64,000 bases of DNA from an uncultured Planctomycetales bacterium. Lineage in GTDB: Bacteria; Omnitrophota; Gorgyraeia; Gygaellales; Profunditerraquicolaceae. A program made the position numbers and the translations under genes. The stretch covers positions 163,093 to 227,092 of the forward strand of contig CAZYCL010000004.1 in assembly GCA_964645795.1 (NCBI GenBank), written 5' to 3'. Positions 1 through 8,802 of this stretch are shown one piece after another (positions within the stretch are counted from its first letter, which is position 1; the number at the start of each line of letters is the position of its first letter). The notes beneath the pieces are model-generated. The model saw nothing but the letters and a program-made list of their open reading frames with translations, was not told the DNA's origin and ran no database searches.

Positions 1-218
1 TAATTATTTTGCTTCCTGCCCTTGTAATCCTGTGCGGTTGTGCCATACTTGTATTAGGCAATAGAAGCAGCATCAGTTAACACGGCAAAGATAAAGCAGT
101 AAGCAGCAGCGAGTCTACCCCCTTAGAGGATGCAGGCGAAGCGAGGGTGGACTCGTTTTTTTGTTCCCGCCTTAAAACCTCTTGAAAAACCCTTTCCGTC
201 GTGCTACCCTAATCACCT

Positions 219-2882
219 ATGGCAAAAAAACTGTGGAAATTCACCGATAAAAGCGGGAGTTTTGAATCCGTTGAAGCTTTTAATATCAGAAGCCTTTACC
301 TGCCGCTGTGTAACGACAGGATCATGTCTTCGATCACTCCCGACCTGCACGGCGATATCAAGGTTTCGGACGGTGCCTTCCTGCTTGAGCCGGTATCGCG
401 CATCAACCTCTCCACATCCAGGGCCTCGCGAAACTTCTGGATACGCACCGATAAAGGCGCGATATGGTCTGCTGCCGGAGTCTCCAAGGACCTTAAACAG
501 CTAAAAAAAGACAAGACCAGCTTTAGGGCCGGCCTCCTCTGGCAGCAGACATCGAGAGAGAATACGGCCCTAGGCCTTAAGGCAGAGATCCTTTCTTTTG
601 TGCCGGCAGGAAACCTGCCTTGTGAGATAATGCAGGTCACTATTACCAATATCTCCAGAAGAAAGATAAAGCTCACTCCGTTTGCCGCCATCCCCATGTA
701 CTGCCGCGGCACGCATAACCTACGCGACCACAGGCACGTCACTTCTCTTTTACAAAGAATAACCCTTCATAAATTCGGCATAATCTCAAAGCCCACGCTT
801 TCATTTGACGAAAAAGGCCATCAGCCCAATAAAGATCGCTATTTTGTCCTGGGTTGGGACCAGAACGGCAAGCCTGCGGCAAACATCTATCCTACGCAGG
901 ATATATTCTGCGGCGATAGCGGCGACCTTGAGGCGCCGCAAGCCGTGATCACCGGTGCGCTTACCGCCAGGGCCGTGATCCAGGGCAGGGAGCCGATGGG
1001 AGGGCTGCGTTTCAAAGAGATCGTTTTGTCGAAAGGAAAATCGCAGAGCTACATAATTGTCATGGGGATCACTCAGGATAAAAATGAGATCAAGAAGATA
1101 ACCTCCGGATGCAGCACTACTTTAAAAGTAGAGAGCCTGTTTAAGAAGACGCGGGATTGGTGGATTGAACAGAGCAATAAGATTGCGCTTTCCAGCGGCG
1201 ATGCTGATTTTGACAACTGGCTGCGCTGGGTCAATACCCAGCCGCTGCTGCGTAGGATATTCGGCTGTTCTTTCCTGCCGGATTTCGATTACGGCAAAGG
1301 CGGCAGGGGCTGGCGTGATCTCTGGCAGGATTGCCTGGCGCTTATCTTAAACGATCCGGCCCCGGTAAGAGAGATTTTGATCAATAGCTTTGCCGGCGTC
1401 AGGATCGACGGCTCCAACGCCACCATCATCGGCAAGGGCCAGGGTGAGTTCATCTCCGACCGCAATAATATCAGCCGCACCTGGATGGACCACGGGGTTT
1501 GGCCGTTGTTGACCGTAGATCTCTACATCAATGAGACCGGGGATACCGGGATTCTTTTTGAAGAGGCGCCTTATTTTCGCAACCACGAGATCTCCCGCGC
1601 CAGGGAGCGCGATGCGCAGTGGGATGAGTCATGCGGCACTAGCCTTAAAGACAAGACAGGTAAGGTCTATAGGGCTTCGGTGCTTGAGCATCTTCTGGTG
1701 CAGAACCTGGTGCAGTTCTTCAATGTCGGCGAACACAATTACACGAGACTTGAAGGAGCGGATTGGAACGACGGCCTGGATATGGCCCGGGACAGGGGCG
1801 AGAGCGTGGCTTTCAGCGCCATGTACGCCCATAACCTCCAGCTTCTGGCGCAGCTTTTGTTAAGGCTAAAGACCGATAAAATAGAGATCGCCCAGGAGCT
1901 CCTAATATTACTGGAGAGGTTCGATTATAATGATAGGGAAAGGAAGCTGGCAAAGCTCGGAGAGTATTTCAGGGCGGTAAATTACGGCGTTTCGGGAGAA
2001 AAAGCCTCGCAAGGCGCCGCAGAGCTTTCCGACAGGCTTAAGGGCATGGGAGAATGGCTGGCGACCCACATTCGCTCTCATGAGTGGCTGGAGGAAGGGT
2101 ATTTTAATGGCTACTACGACAATGACGGCCAGCGTCTCGAAGGAAAAAATAGTGGCGTTTTGCGTATGACGCTAACCGGCCAGGTTTTTGCGATAATGAG
2201 CGGGGTAGCCAGCGACGAACAGGTAGATAAGTCGTTATCAAGCATAAAAAAATATCTTGTGGACAAGAAAACCGGCGGTTTTCGCCTGAACACTGATTTT
2301 AAAGAGGAGTGTCACAAGCTGGGCAGGGCGTTTTCGTTCTCCTACGGCGACAAAGAGAACGGGGCGTTCTTCAGCCATATGACCGTGATGCTGGCTTACG
2401 CGCTCTTTAAGCGTGACAGGGCCAGGGAAGCCTGGCAGGCCTTAAGCTCCATATATGGTATGGCCAGGGACAGCTCTAGGAGCAAGATCTATCCCTGCCT
2501 GCCGGAGTACTTTGACCTGGAGGGAAGGGGGATGTACTCTTATCTTACGGGTTCGGCAAGCTGGTTTATGCTTACTTTACTGACCAGGCTGTTTGGGGTA
2601 AGGGGCCAGGACGGCGACCTGCTCATCGAGCCCAGGCTTGTCCGTGAACATTTCAAAGACTCCGGCGTTATTACCCTAAAACGCATCTTTGCCGGCAGGA
2701 GGCTTAGCATCAGCTTTCATAATCCCAAAAAAGCCGACTGGCCGGATTATCGCATCCAAAGGGCGTCATTAAACGGAAAAGAGTTGGCAATTCCCGATGC
2801 CGGAAGCTTGCTTATAAAACGCTTGCTCTTGGAAGGGATTGAAGAGGATAAGGAGACCGCTATTGACCTGTATTTAGGTTAA
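219..2882 (+). CDS. GH94-family glycoside phosphorylase (cellobiose/cellodextrin/chitobiose phosphorylase-like)
   Basis: 887-aa ORF. GH94 signature blocks are present: GGRGWRDLWQD (the GxGxRDxxQD block), GADWNDGLD (catalytic DWND), KENGAFFSHM and LTGSASWF. Substrate specificity cannot be assigned from sequence. Confidence 0.7.
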   Translation: MAKKLWKFTDKSGSFESVEAFNIRSLYLPLCNDRIMSSITPDLHGDIKVSDGAFLLEPVSRINLSTSRASRNFWIRTDKGAIWSAAGVSKDLKQLKKDKTSFRAGLLWQQTSRENTALGLKAEILSFVPAGNLPCEIMQVTITNISRRKIKLTPFAAIPMYCRGTHNLRDHRHVTSLLQRITLHKFGIISKPTLSFDEKGHQPNKDRYFVLGWDQNGKPAANIYPTQDIFCGDSGDLEAPQAVITGALTARAVIQGREPMGGLRFKEIVLSKGKSQSYIIVMGITQDKNEIKKITSGCSTTLKVESLFKKTRDWWIEQSNKIALSSGDADFDNWLRWVNTQPLLRRIFGCSFLPDFDYGKGGRGWRDLWQDCLALILNDPAPVREILINSFAGVRIDGSNATIIGKGQGEFISDRNNISRTWMDHGVWPLLTVDLYINETGDTGILFEEAPYFRNHEISRARERDAQWDESCGTSLKDKTGKVYRASVLEHLLVQNLVQFFNVGEHNYTRLEGADWNDGLDMARDRGESVAFSAMYAHNLQLLAQLLLRLKTDKIEIAQELLILLERFDYNDRERKLAKLGEYFRAVNYGVSGEKASQGAAELSDRLKGMGEWLATHIRSHEWLEEGYFNGYYDNDGQRLEGKNSGVLRMTLTGQVFAIMSGVASDEQVDKSLSSIKKYLVDKKTGGFRLNTDFKEECHKLGRAFSFSYGDKENGAFFSHMTVMLAYALFKRDRAREAWQALSSIYGMARDSSRSKIYPCLPEYFDLEGRGMYSYLTGSASWFMLTLLTRLFGVRGQDGDLLIEPRLVREHFKDSGVITLKRIFAGRRLSISFHNPKKADWPDYRIQRASLNGKELAIPDAGSLLIKRLLLEGIEEDKETAIDLYLG

Positions 2883-2912
2883 GTATTTGGGGGAGGTTTC
2901 GGCTTCAGAATT

Positions 2913-2951
2913 GGGGACGGTTCTCTAACGAGAACCGTCCCCTAATCTTTT
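2913..2951 (+). terminator. intrinsic terminator-like hairpin after the GH94 gene, which is also the first unit of a tandem repeat
   Basis: GGGGACGGTTCTC-TAAC-GAGAACCGTCCCC is a perfect 13-bp stem with a 4-nt loop, followed by TAATCTTTT. Confidence 0.5.
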
Positions 2952-3038
2952 GTTCTCTAACGAGAACCGTCCCCAAATCTTTTGTTCTCTAACGAGAACC
3001 GTCCCCAATTCTTCTGTTCTCTAACGAGAACCGTCCCC
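2913..3038. repeat. 4 tandem copies of a 32-bp unit (GTTCTCTAACGAGAACCGTCCCC plus a 9-nt AT-rich linker); each unit contains the palindrome GTTCTC-TAAC-GAGAAC
   Basis: Direct reading: unit starts at 2920, 2952, 2984 and 3016 (period 32). The linkers are near-identical (taatctttt, aaatctttt, aattcttct, aagctttta). Confidence 0.9.
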
Positions 3039-3061
3039 AAGCTTTTAGAGGCAGTTTTTAT

Positions 3062-3090
3062 TTGATAAATAAGCGCCTTTCTGTTATAAT
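3062..3090 (+). promoter_or_regulatory. sigma70-like promoter for purB (TTGATA-17-TATAAT)
   Basis: TTGATA at 3062-3067, a 17-nt spacer, TATAAT at 3085-3090, about 33 nt upstream of the purB ATG with SD TAAGGAG. Confidence 0.45.
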
Positions 3091-3123
3091 ACACTCTCTT
3101 GTCAGGGATATAAGGAGCTTTCA

Positions 3124-4416
3124 ATGATCGAACGTTACAGCCTTCAACGCATGTCCGGCATCTGGCGGGAGGAGTTTAAGTTCCGGACGATGCTGGAGAT
3201 AGAGGTGCTCCTCCTGGAGGCCCTTGGCAAGTATAAAGAGATCCCACCCGGAGTAGCCCGCCGCGTCAGGCGCCGCGCCAAATTCAACCTCAAAACGATC
3301 AAGAAGATAGAAGAGAAGACACAACATGATGTGGTGGCCTTTGTCACCAATGTCGCCCAGAGCATAGGTAGCGATGCCCGCTATCTGCACGCCGGGCTTA
3401 CTTCATCGGATATCCTGGATACAACCCTCGGTGTGCAGCTTAAAGCTGCTTCCTCTATATTGCTGGAAGGCCTTTTAAGGCTTTCAAGAGAGATAGCCTT
3501 CAAGGCCAAGAAGTACAAGAATACCCCATGCATAGGCAGGACTCACGGCGTGCATGCGGAACCTACTACATTTGGGCTTAAGCTTGCCCTGTGGTATGAC
3601 GAAACCAGGCGTTGCATAGAGCGCCTGAAGCGCGCCAAAGATGAGGTCTGCGTAGGCAAGATCTCCGGCGCTGTCGGGACCTACTCCAATATCGAACCCG
3701 AAGTCGAGCTCTATATTTGCAAGAAGCTCGGCCTTAAGGCCGCCAATATATCCACGCAGGTGATACAGCGGGATGTATACGCACAATATATGGCGACACT
3801 GGCGATAATCGGCACCTCTTTGGAGAAGTTCGCTACCGAAATACGCCACCTGCAGAAGACCGAGGTCCTGGAGGTCGAAGAGCCTTTTATCAAGGGGCAA
3901 AAAGGCTCTTCTGCTATGCCGCACAAGCGTAACCCCGTCATCTGCGAGCGCATCTGCGGGCTTGCCAGGGTGCTCAGGGCCAATGCCCTGGCGGCCATGG
4001 AGAATGTTTCGCTTTGGCATGAGAGGGACATCAGCCATTCGTCGGTGGAGAGGATAATCATGCCCGACTCTACCATGCTGCTTGACTACATGATCCACAA
4101 GATGAACGAGGTGGTCGCGGGCATGCAGGTATATCCGGTGAACATGATGGCCAATATCGTGCGCACCCACGGCCTGATCTTCTCCCAGCGGGTATTGCTG
4201 GCGCTGATGGCCCGCGGCATGAGCCGCACCAAGGCCTATGACCTGGTGCAGAAGTGCGCGATGAAAAGCTGGAACGACGGCTCCGATTTCAAGAAGAACC
4301 TTTCTCTGGATTGCGAAGTAAGGAATTACCTGAGCACCAAAGACCTGGATGCGATATTTGACCTTAACTATTACCTGCGCCAGGTCAACAAGATCTTTAC
4401 CCGCGTTTTCCGTTAA
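3124..4416 (+). CDS. purB: adenylosuccinate lyase
   Basis: 430 aa. N-terminus MIERYSLQRMSGIWREEFKF and overall length are typical of PurB; SD ataaggag. Confidence 0.9.
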   Translation: MIERYSLQRMSGIWREEFKFRTMLEIEVLLLEALGKYKEIPPGVARRVRRRAKFNLKTIKKIEEKTQHDVVAFVTNVAQSIGSDARYLHAGLTSSDILDTTLGVQLKAASSILLEGLLRLSREIAFKAKKYKNTPCIGRTHGVHAEPTTFGLKLALWYDETRRCIERLKRAKDEVCVGKISGAVGTYSNIEPEVELYICKKLGLKAANISTQVIQRDVYAQYMATLAIIGTSLEKFATEIRHLQKTEVLEVEEPFIKGQKGSSAMPHKRNPVICERICGLARVLRANALAAMENVSLWHERDISHSSVERIIMPDSTMLLDYMIHKMNEVVAGMQVYPVNMMANIVRTHGLIFSQRVLLALMARGMSRTKAYDLVQKCAMKSWNDGSDFKKNLSLDCEVRNYLSTKDLDAIFDLNYYLRQVNKIFTRVFR

Positions 4417-4458
4417 TTTAATTTTATCCGCCCCCAAAGCTCCTTATACACCGAAAAC

Positions 4459-7365
4459 ATGCTTTACAAGATCGAGATCAGGGAAAAACGCGGTATTTTT
4501 GACGCGGTCGGCGCCGGTATCAAAAAAGATATCCGGGACCTGGGCATAACGGGCGTAGCCCATGTCGCGTTCATCCAGGTATATGTGCTCGAAGGGGATA
4601 TCTCGGATATTGAGGTAAACAGGGTTTGCTCTGAGCTCCTGTCAGACCCCGTCTCTCAGGAGTACTCCGTAAATGACTGCGCAAGAAAGCCAGCCAAGGG
4701 TACCTGCGCAGTAGAAGTAGCTTTTAACCCCGGCGTAATGGACCCCATTGAGGCCTCCACGCTTAAAGGCATACGCGATATCGGCATTGAAAAGAACGTC
4801 AGCGTCAGGACCGCCAGCAAATACGTTATCAAGGGCAGGGTCTCCCCGTCTCAGCTTAAAATCATCTGCGAAAAGCTTCTCTATAATAAACTCATCCAGC
4901 ATATCGTCGACCCCCGTGAATGGAAGATCAGTTACTTCGCCGCCACGGTCAGGCCTTATGAATTCAGGCTGGTCAATGTAGGGTTATTGTCTGCTTCCGA
5001 TAAAAGGCTGATGGAGCTGAGCAGGCAGGGCCAGCTTTTTCTGAACCTGGGTGAGATGCGCCGGATCAGGGATTATTTCAAAAAGAAAAGGCGCGACCCC
5101 ACTGATTGCGAGCTTGAAACCATTGCCCAGACCTGGTCCGAGCACTGCTATCATAAGACTTTTCGGGGAAAGATCGATTACACGGAGGTCACCAGGTCAC
5201 CAGGTCACCAGGTCACCAGGAAAAAGATTGATAATTTGCTTAAGAGCACGATTATGAAGGCGACCAGGGAGTTGAACAAGCCCTGGTGCGTTTCGGTATT
5301 CAAAGACAACTCCGGAGTGATCCGTTTTGACGAAAGGCATAACGTCTGTTTTAAGGTGGAGACGCATAATCATCCGTCGGCGCTTGAGCCCTTTGGCGGA
5401 GCCAATACCGGCATAGGCGGGGTGATCCGCGATCCCCTGGGCACGGGATTAGGGGCAAAGCCGATTTTTAACACCGACGTTTTCTGTTTCGGCCGTCCGG
5501 ATTATCCTTTTAGCAGGCTCCCTAAGGGCGCGCTCCACCCCAAGCGCATTGCCAAAGGCGTGGTATCCGGGGTGCGCGATTACGGCAATAAGATGGGTAT
5601 CCCCACAGTTAACGGCGCGGTCCTCTTCCATGACGGCTTTGTAGGCAATCCCCTGGTTTACTGCGGCACCGCCGGGATCATGCCCAAAGATAAATGTTTT
5701 AAGAAAGTAAATGACGGCGACCTGATCGTGGTGGTCGGAGGCAGGACCGGCAGGGACGGCATACACGGAGCGACGTTCTCCTCAGGCGAGCTTACCCATG
5801 AATCCGAGACGGTTTCCAGCGGCGCTGTCCAGATCGGGAACCCCATCCAGGAAAAAAAGATGGTAGATACCATACTGCAGGCCAGAGACCTCAATCTTTA
5901 CAGCGCCATTACCGACTGCGGAGCAGGAGGATTGTCGAGTGCGGTGGGAGAGATGGGCGAAGAGTTGGGCGCAGAGGTTTACCTGGATAAGGTGCCCTTA
6001 AAATACAGCGGCCTCTCCTATATGGAGATATGGATATCCGAATCTCAGGAGCGCATGGTCTTAGCCGTACCAAAGGACAACAGGCAAGCGCTTATCAGCC
6101 TTTTTAAGAAAGAGGACGTAGAAGCCACGGTTATCGGTGAGTTTGCCGCCACCGGAAAGCTCAGGCTTTATTATAAAGACAGCCTGGTTTGTGACCTGGA
6201 CATGGATTTTCTGCACGGGGGGCCGCCGAGGACCGAAAGGAAAGCGGTGTTCATCCAGCCCCGGCTTAAGGAGCCGCGGATAAAAGAGAAGAAGGATTTG
6301 ACCGCCGATCTGTTGAAGCTGCTTACGCATTACGATATCTGCTCCAAAGAATGGGTGATCAGGCAGTATGACCATGAGGTCCAGGGCGGCTCGATTATCA
6401 AGCCCCTGGCCGGCATCGTCAATGACGGGCCTTCGGATGCCAGCATCATCAGGCCGCTGCTCGATTCGCCTAAAGGGCTGGTGGTCTCCTGCGGGATAAA
6501 CTTCAGGTTCGGTTTCATAGATCCTTACTGGATGGCGGCCTCATGCATCGATGAAGCCATAAGGCAGGTCATTGCCGTAGGAGGCTCTCCGGAGCAGATC
6601 GCCATACTCGATAATTTCTGTTGGGGCAATCCCGACAAGCCCGACAGGCTCGGCAGCCTTGTGAGAGCTGCCCTGGGTTGTTACGATACGGCTAAGGCGA
6701 TGGGCGCGCCTTTCATATCCGGCAAAGACAGCCTTTATAACGAATACTCGGTGCACGGTAAATCCATGGCCATACCCGGCACATTGCTTATATCCGCGAT
6801 CTCGGTGATGAAGGATATAAGCAAGGCCGTGTCTATGTACGCCAAAGAGCAAGGAGACCTTATCTATATCGTCGGCGCTACCCGCAATGAGCTAGGCGCT
6901 TCGCATTATTATGATCTTTACGGGGCGGTCGGTAATAATGTCCCGCGGCTTTATCCGCGGCAAGCCCTGGCAACCTATAAGGCATTAAGCAATGCCAGCT
7001 CTAAGGGCCTGATCAGGGCAATGCATGATTGTTCTGAAGGAGGGCTGGGTGTTGCCTGCGCCGAGATGGCTTTTTCCGGCGGCCTGGGGATGGACCTGTT
7101 CTTAAGCCAGGTCCCTTACAAAGACAGCGTTAGAGCCGCTAATACCGCTATCCTTTTTTCAGAATCCAACTCCCGCTTGATCGTAGAGGTGGACAGGAAT
7201 AAACAGAAAGCCTTTGAAAAAGAGTTAAAGGGGATAGATTTCGGACTCATCGGTTGCCTGAATAAACACGGCGGTTTTACGGTCTTTGGCCTGGACGGTA
7301 AGGCCTGCGTCAGGGAAGAAATCGCCACGCTTAAGAAAAATTGGAAGGAGCCGTTATCATGGTAA
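4459..7365 (+). CDS. purL: phosphoribosylformylglycinamidine synthase subunit PurL with two N-terminal PurS-like domains (PurS-PurS-PurL fusion)
   Basis: 968 aa. The first ~230 aa contain two PurS-like repeats (MLYKIEIREKRG..., CAVEVAFNPGVMDP...), followed by the small-PurL core (ELETIAQTWSEHCYHKTF, AIR-synthase-related domains). Contains an in-frame 8-bp tandem repeat at 5187-5220. Confidence 0.85.
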   Translation: MLYKIEIREKRGIFDAVGAGIKKDIRDLGITGVAHVAFIQVYVLEGDISDIEVNRVCSELLSDPVSQEYSVNDCARKPAKGTCAVEVAFNPGVMDPIEASTLKGIRDIGIEKNVSVRTASKYVIKGRVSPSQLKIICEKLLYNKLIQHIVDPREWKISYFAATVRPYEFRLVNVGLLSASDKRLMELSRQGQLFLNLGEMRRIRDYFKKKRRDPTDCELETIAQTWSEHCYHKTFRGKIDYTEVTRSPGHQVTRKKIDNLLKSTIMKATRELNKPWCVSVFKDNSGVIRFDERHNVCFKVETHNHPSALEPFGGANTGIGGVIRDPLGTGLGAKPIFNTDVFCFGRPDYPFSRLPKGALHPKRIAKGVVSGVRDYGNKMGIPTVNGAVLFHDGFVGNPLVYCGTAGIMPKDKCFKKVNDGDLIVVVGGRTGRDGIHGATFSSGELTHESETVSSGAVQIGNPIQEKKMVDTILQARDLNLYSAITDCGAGGLSSAVGEMGEELGAEVYLDKVPLKYSGLSYMEIWISESQERMVLAVPKDNRQALISLFKKEDVEATVIGEFAATGKLRLYYKDSLVCDLDMDFLHGGPPRTERKAVFIQPRLKEPRIKEKKDLTADLLKLLTHYDICSKEWVIRQYDHEVQGGSIIKPLAGIVNDGPSDASIIRPLLDSPKGLVVSCGINFRFGFIDPYWMAASCIDEAIRQVIAVGGSPEQIAILDNFCWGNPDKPDRLGSLVRAALGCYDTAKAMGAPFISGKDSLYNEYSVHGKSMAIPGTLLISAISVMKDISKAVSMYAKEQGDLIYIVGATRNELGASHYYDLYGAVGNNVPRLYPRQALATYKALSNASSKGLIRAMHDCSEGGLGVACAEMAFSGGLGMDLFLSQVPYKDSVRAANTAILFSESNSRLIVEVDRNKQKAFEKELKGIDFGLIGCLNKHGGFTVFGLDGKACVREEIATLKKNWKEPLSW
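5187..5220. repeat. octanucleotide tandem repeat (GGTCACCA)x4 plus GG inside purL
   Basis: Direct reading; it encodes VTRSPGHQVTR and stays in frame. Confidence 0.9.
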
Positions 7366-8024
7366 AAAACAAGATAGTCCACCACGAAGATTTTACCCAG
7401 GAAGACACCTGGCGGATATTCCGCATCATGTCGGAGTTCGTAGACGGGTTCGAAGTGTTATCGGAGGTCAAGAACGGGGTTTCCATCTTCGGTTCTGCCC
7501 GTACCAAACCCGGCACCAAGTATTATAAGCTGGCGGAGGAGATAGCCTACCTCTTGGCCAAGGAAGGTTATTCCGTCATCACCGGCAGCGGGCCGGGGCT
7601 GATGGAGGCGGCCAACAAGGGCGCCAGGAGAGGCAAGGGTTTATCCATAGGGTTGAATATTCAGATACCCCTTGAACAGAAGCCCAACAAGCACGTTGAT
7701 ATGCTCCTGGATTTTCGTTACTTCTTCGTGCGCAAGGTCATGTTCGTAAAGTACGCCAAGGCCTTCGTGATCCTGCCGGGAGGCTACGGCACGCTCGATG
7801 AGTTTACCGAGGCCATAAACCTCATCCAGACAAAGAGGATACCGAAGTTTCCGGTAGTGCTGTTTAACCGCCAGTACTGGCAGGGGATGGTGGATTGGCT
7901 GCGCGACGTAGTGGCTAAAGAGGGAAATATCAACCTGGACGAGTTAGGCGTATTTACCGTGGTTGACAGCCCCAGGGAAGTGGTGGCAGCGATAAAGAAA
8001 TTCTATGGTAAAAAGCACGGTTAA
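7359..8024 (+). CDS. LOG-family (TIGR00730, cytokinin riboside 5'-monophosphate phosphoribohydrolase-like) Rossmann-fold protein
   Basis: Motifs ITGSGPGLMEAANKGA and LPGGYGTLDEF. The likely start is ATG 7359, preceded by AAGGAG at 7345-7350; it overlaps the purL stop by 7 nt and its 3' end overlaps purQ by 20 nt. Confidence 0.75.
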   Translation: MVKNKIVHHEDFTQEDTWRIFRIMSEFVDGFEVLSEVKNGVSIFGSARTKPGTKYYKLAEEIAYLLAKEGYSVITGSGPGLMEAANKGARRGKGLSIGLNIQIPLEQKPNKHVDMLLDFRYFFVRKVMFVKYAKAFVILPGGYGTLDEFTEAINLIQTKRIPKFPVVLFNRQYWQGMVDWLRDVVAKEGNINLDELGVFTVVDSPREVVAAIKKFYGKKHG

Positions 8025-8790
8025 GGTTTGCGTTTTAAGGAGCGCGGGGACTAATTGCGATAAGGAGACCGCCTTTGCCTTTGAAGCTGCCGGGGCAGAC
8101 GCTCGGCTGGTGCATATAAACAGGTTCAAGGACGGCGAAGAGTCCTTCGGCGATTATCAGATCCTGGCATTCCCCGGAGGTTTTACCTACGGCGACGATA
8201 TAGCCGCCGGCAGGATATTTGCCAATGAGTTAAAGCATAAGCTGTCCGCGCAACTCAAGCGCTTCATAAAAGACGGCAAACTCATCATCGGTATCTGTAA
8301 CGGCTTTCAGATACTGGTAAAAAGCGGGCTTCTGCCGGGAAACGACCGGCTCAAACAGGAGTCCAGCCTTATCATCAACGACTGCGGAAGGTTCCAGGAT
8401 TACTGGGTATATTTAAAGTCACCAGGTAAATGCGTTTGGACCAAGGGCCTTGCCGAAGTCATCTATCTGCCCATTGCCCACGGGGAAGGAAAGTTCGTGG
8501 TCAGAGACAAGGCGGTCTTAGGAAGACTGCGCAGGAATAAACAGATCGTTTTTCAATATTGTAATGAGCGCGGCGAATTCACCGGCTATCCCGATAACCC
8601 GAATGGTTCAGTAGATAATATCGCCGGCATCTGCGATGAGACGGGAAGAGTATTAGGATTGATGCCCCATCCGGAAAGACATATCGACCCCCGGCAGCAT
8701 CCGCGCTGGAGCGCCGGGTTAAAAGAAAAAGAAGGCCACGGCATGCATATTTTCAGAAACGCCGTGCTTTATGCTAAAAAACATCTTTAG
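8005..8790 (+). CDS. purQ: phosphoribosylformylglycinamidine synthase glutaminase subunit
   Basis: 261 aa. Class-I GATase with MVKSTVKVCVLRSAGTNCDKE and a conserved C-terminal HPER. Confidence 0.85.
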   Translation: MVKSTVKVCVLRSAGTNCDKETAFAFEAAGADARLVHINRFKDGEESFGDYQILAFPGGFTYGDDIAAGRIFANELKHKLSAQLKRFIKDGKLIIGICNGFQILVKSGLLPGNDRLKQESSLIINDCGRFQDYWVYLKSPGKCVWTKGLAEVIYLPIAHGEGKFVVRDKAVLGRLRRNKQIVFQYCNERGEFTGYPDNPNGSVDNIAGICDETGRVLGLMPHPERHIDPRQHPRWSAGLKEKEGHGMHIFRNAVLYAKKHL

Positions 8791-8802
8791 GGAGGAGCCC
8801 TC

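Noticed and set aside
130-742. ORFs 130..504 (+) and 296..742 (-) at the 5' end
   Set aside because: They overlap the start of the GH94 gene in alternative frames and have no recognisable features.
2913-3038. Possible mini-CRISPR array (23-bp repeat with spacers)
   Set aside because: The spacers are only 9 nt and nearly identical to each other. There are no cas genes in the window, and the first unit is a perfect terminator-like hairpin. It is treated as a tandem repeat or regulatory array.
2920-3038. LexA/Cheo-box or CIRCE reading of GTTCTC-N4-GAGAAC
   Set aside because: The half-site orientation is GTTC..GAAC, the opposite of the Cheo box GAAC-N4-GTTC, and there is no match to CIRCE.
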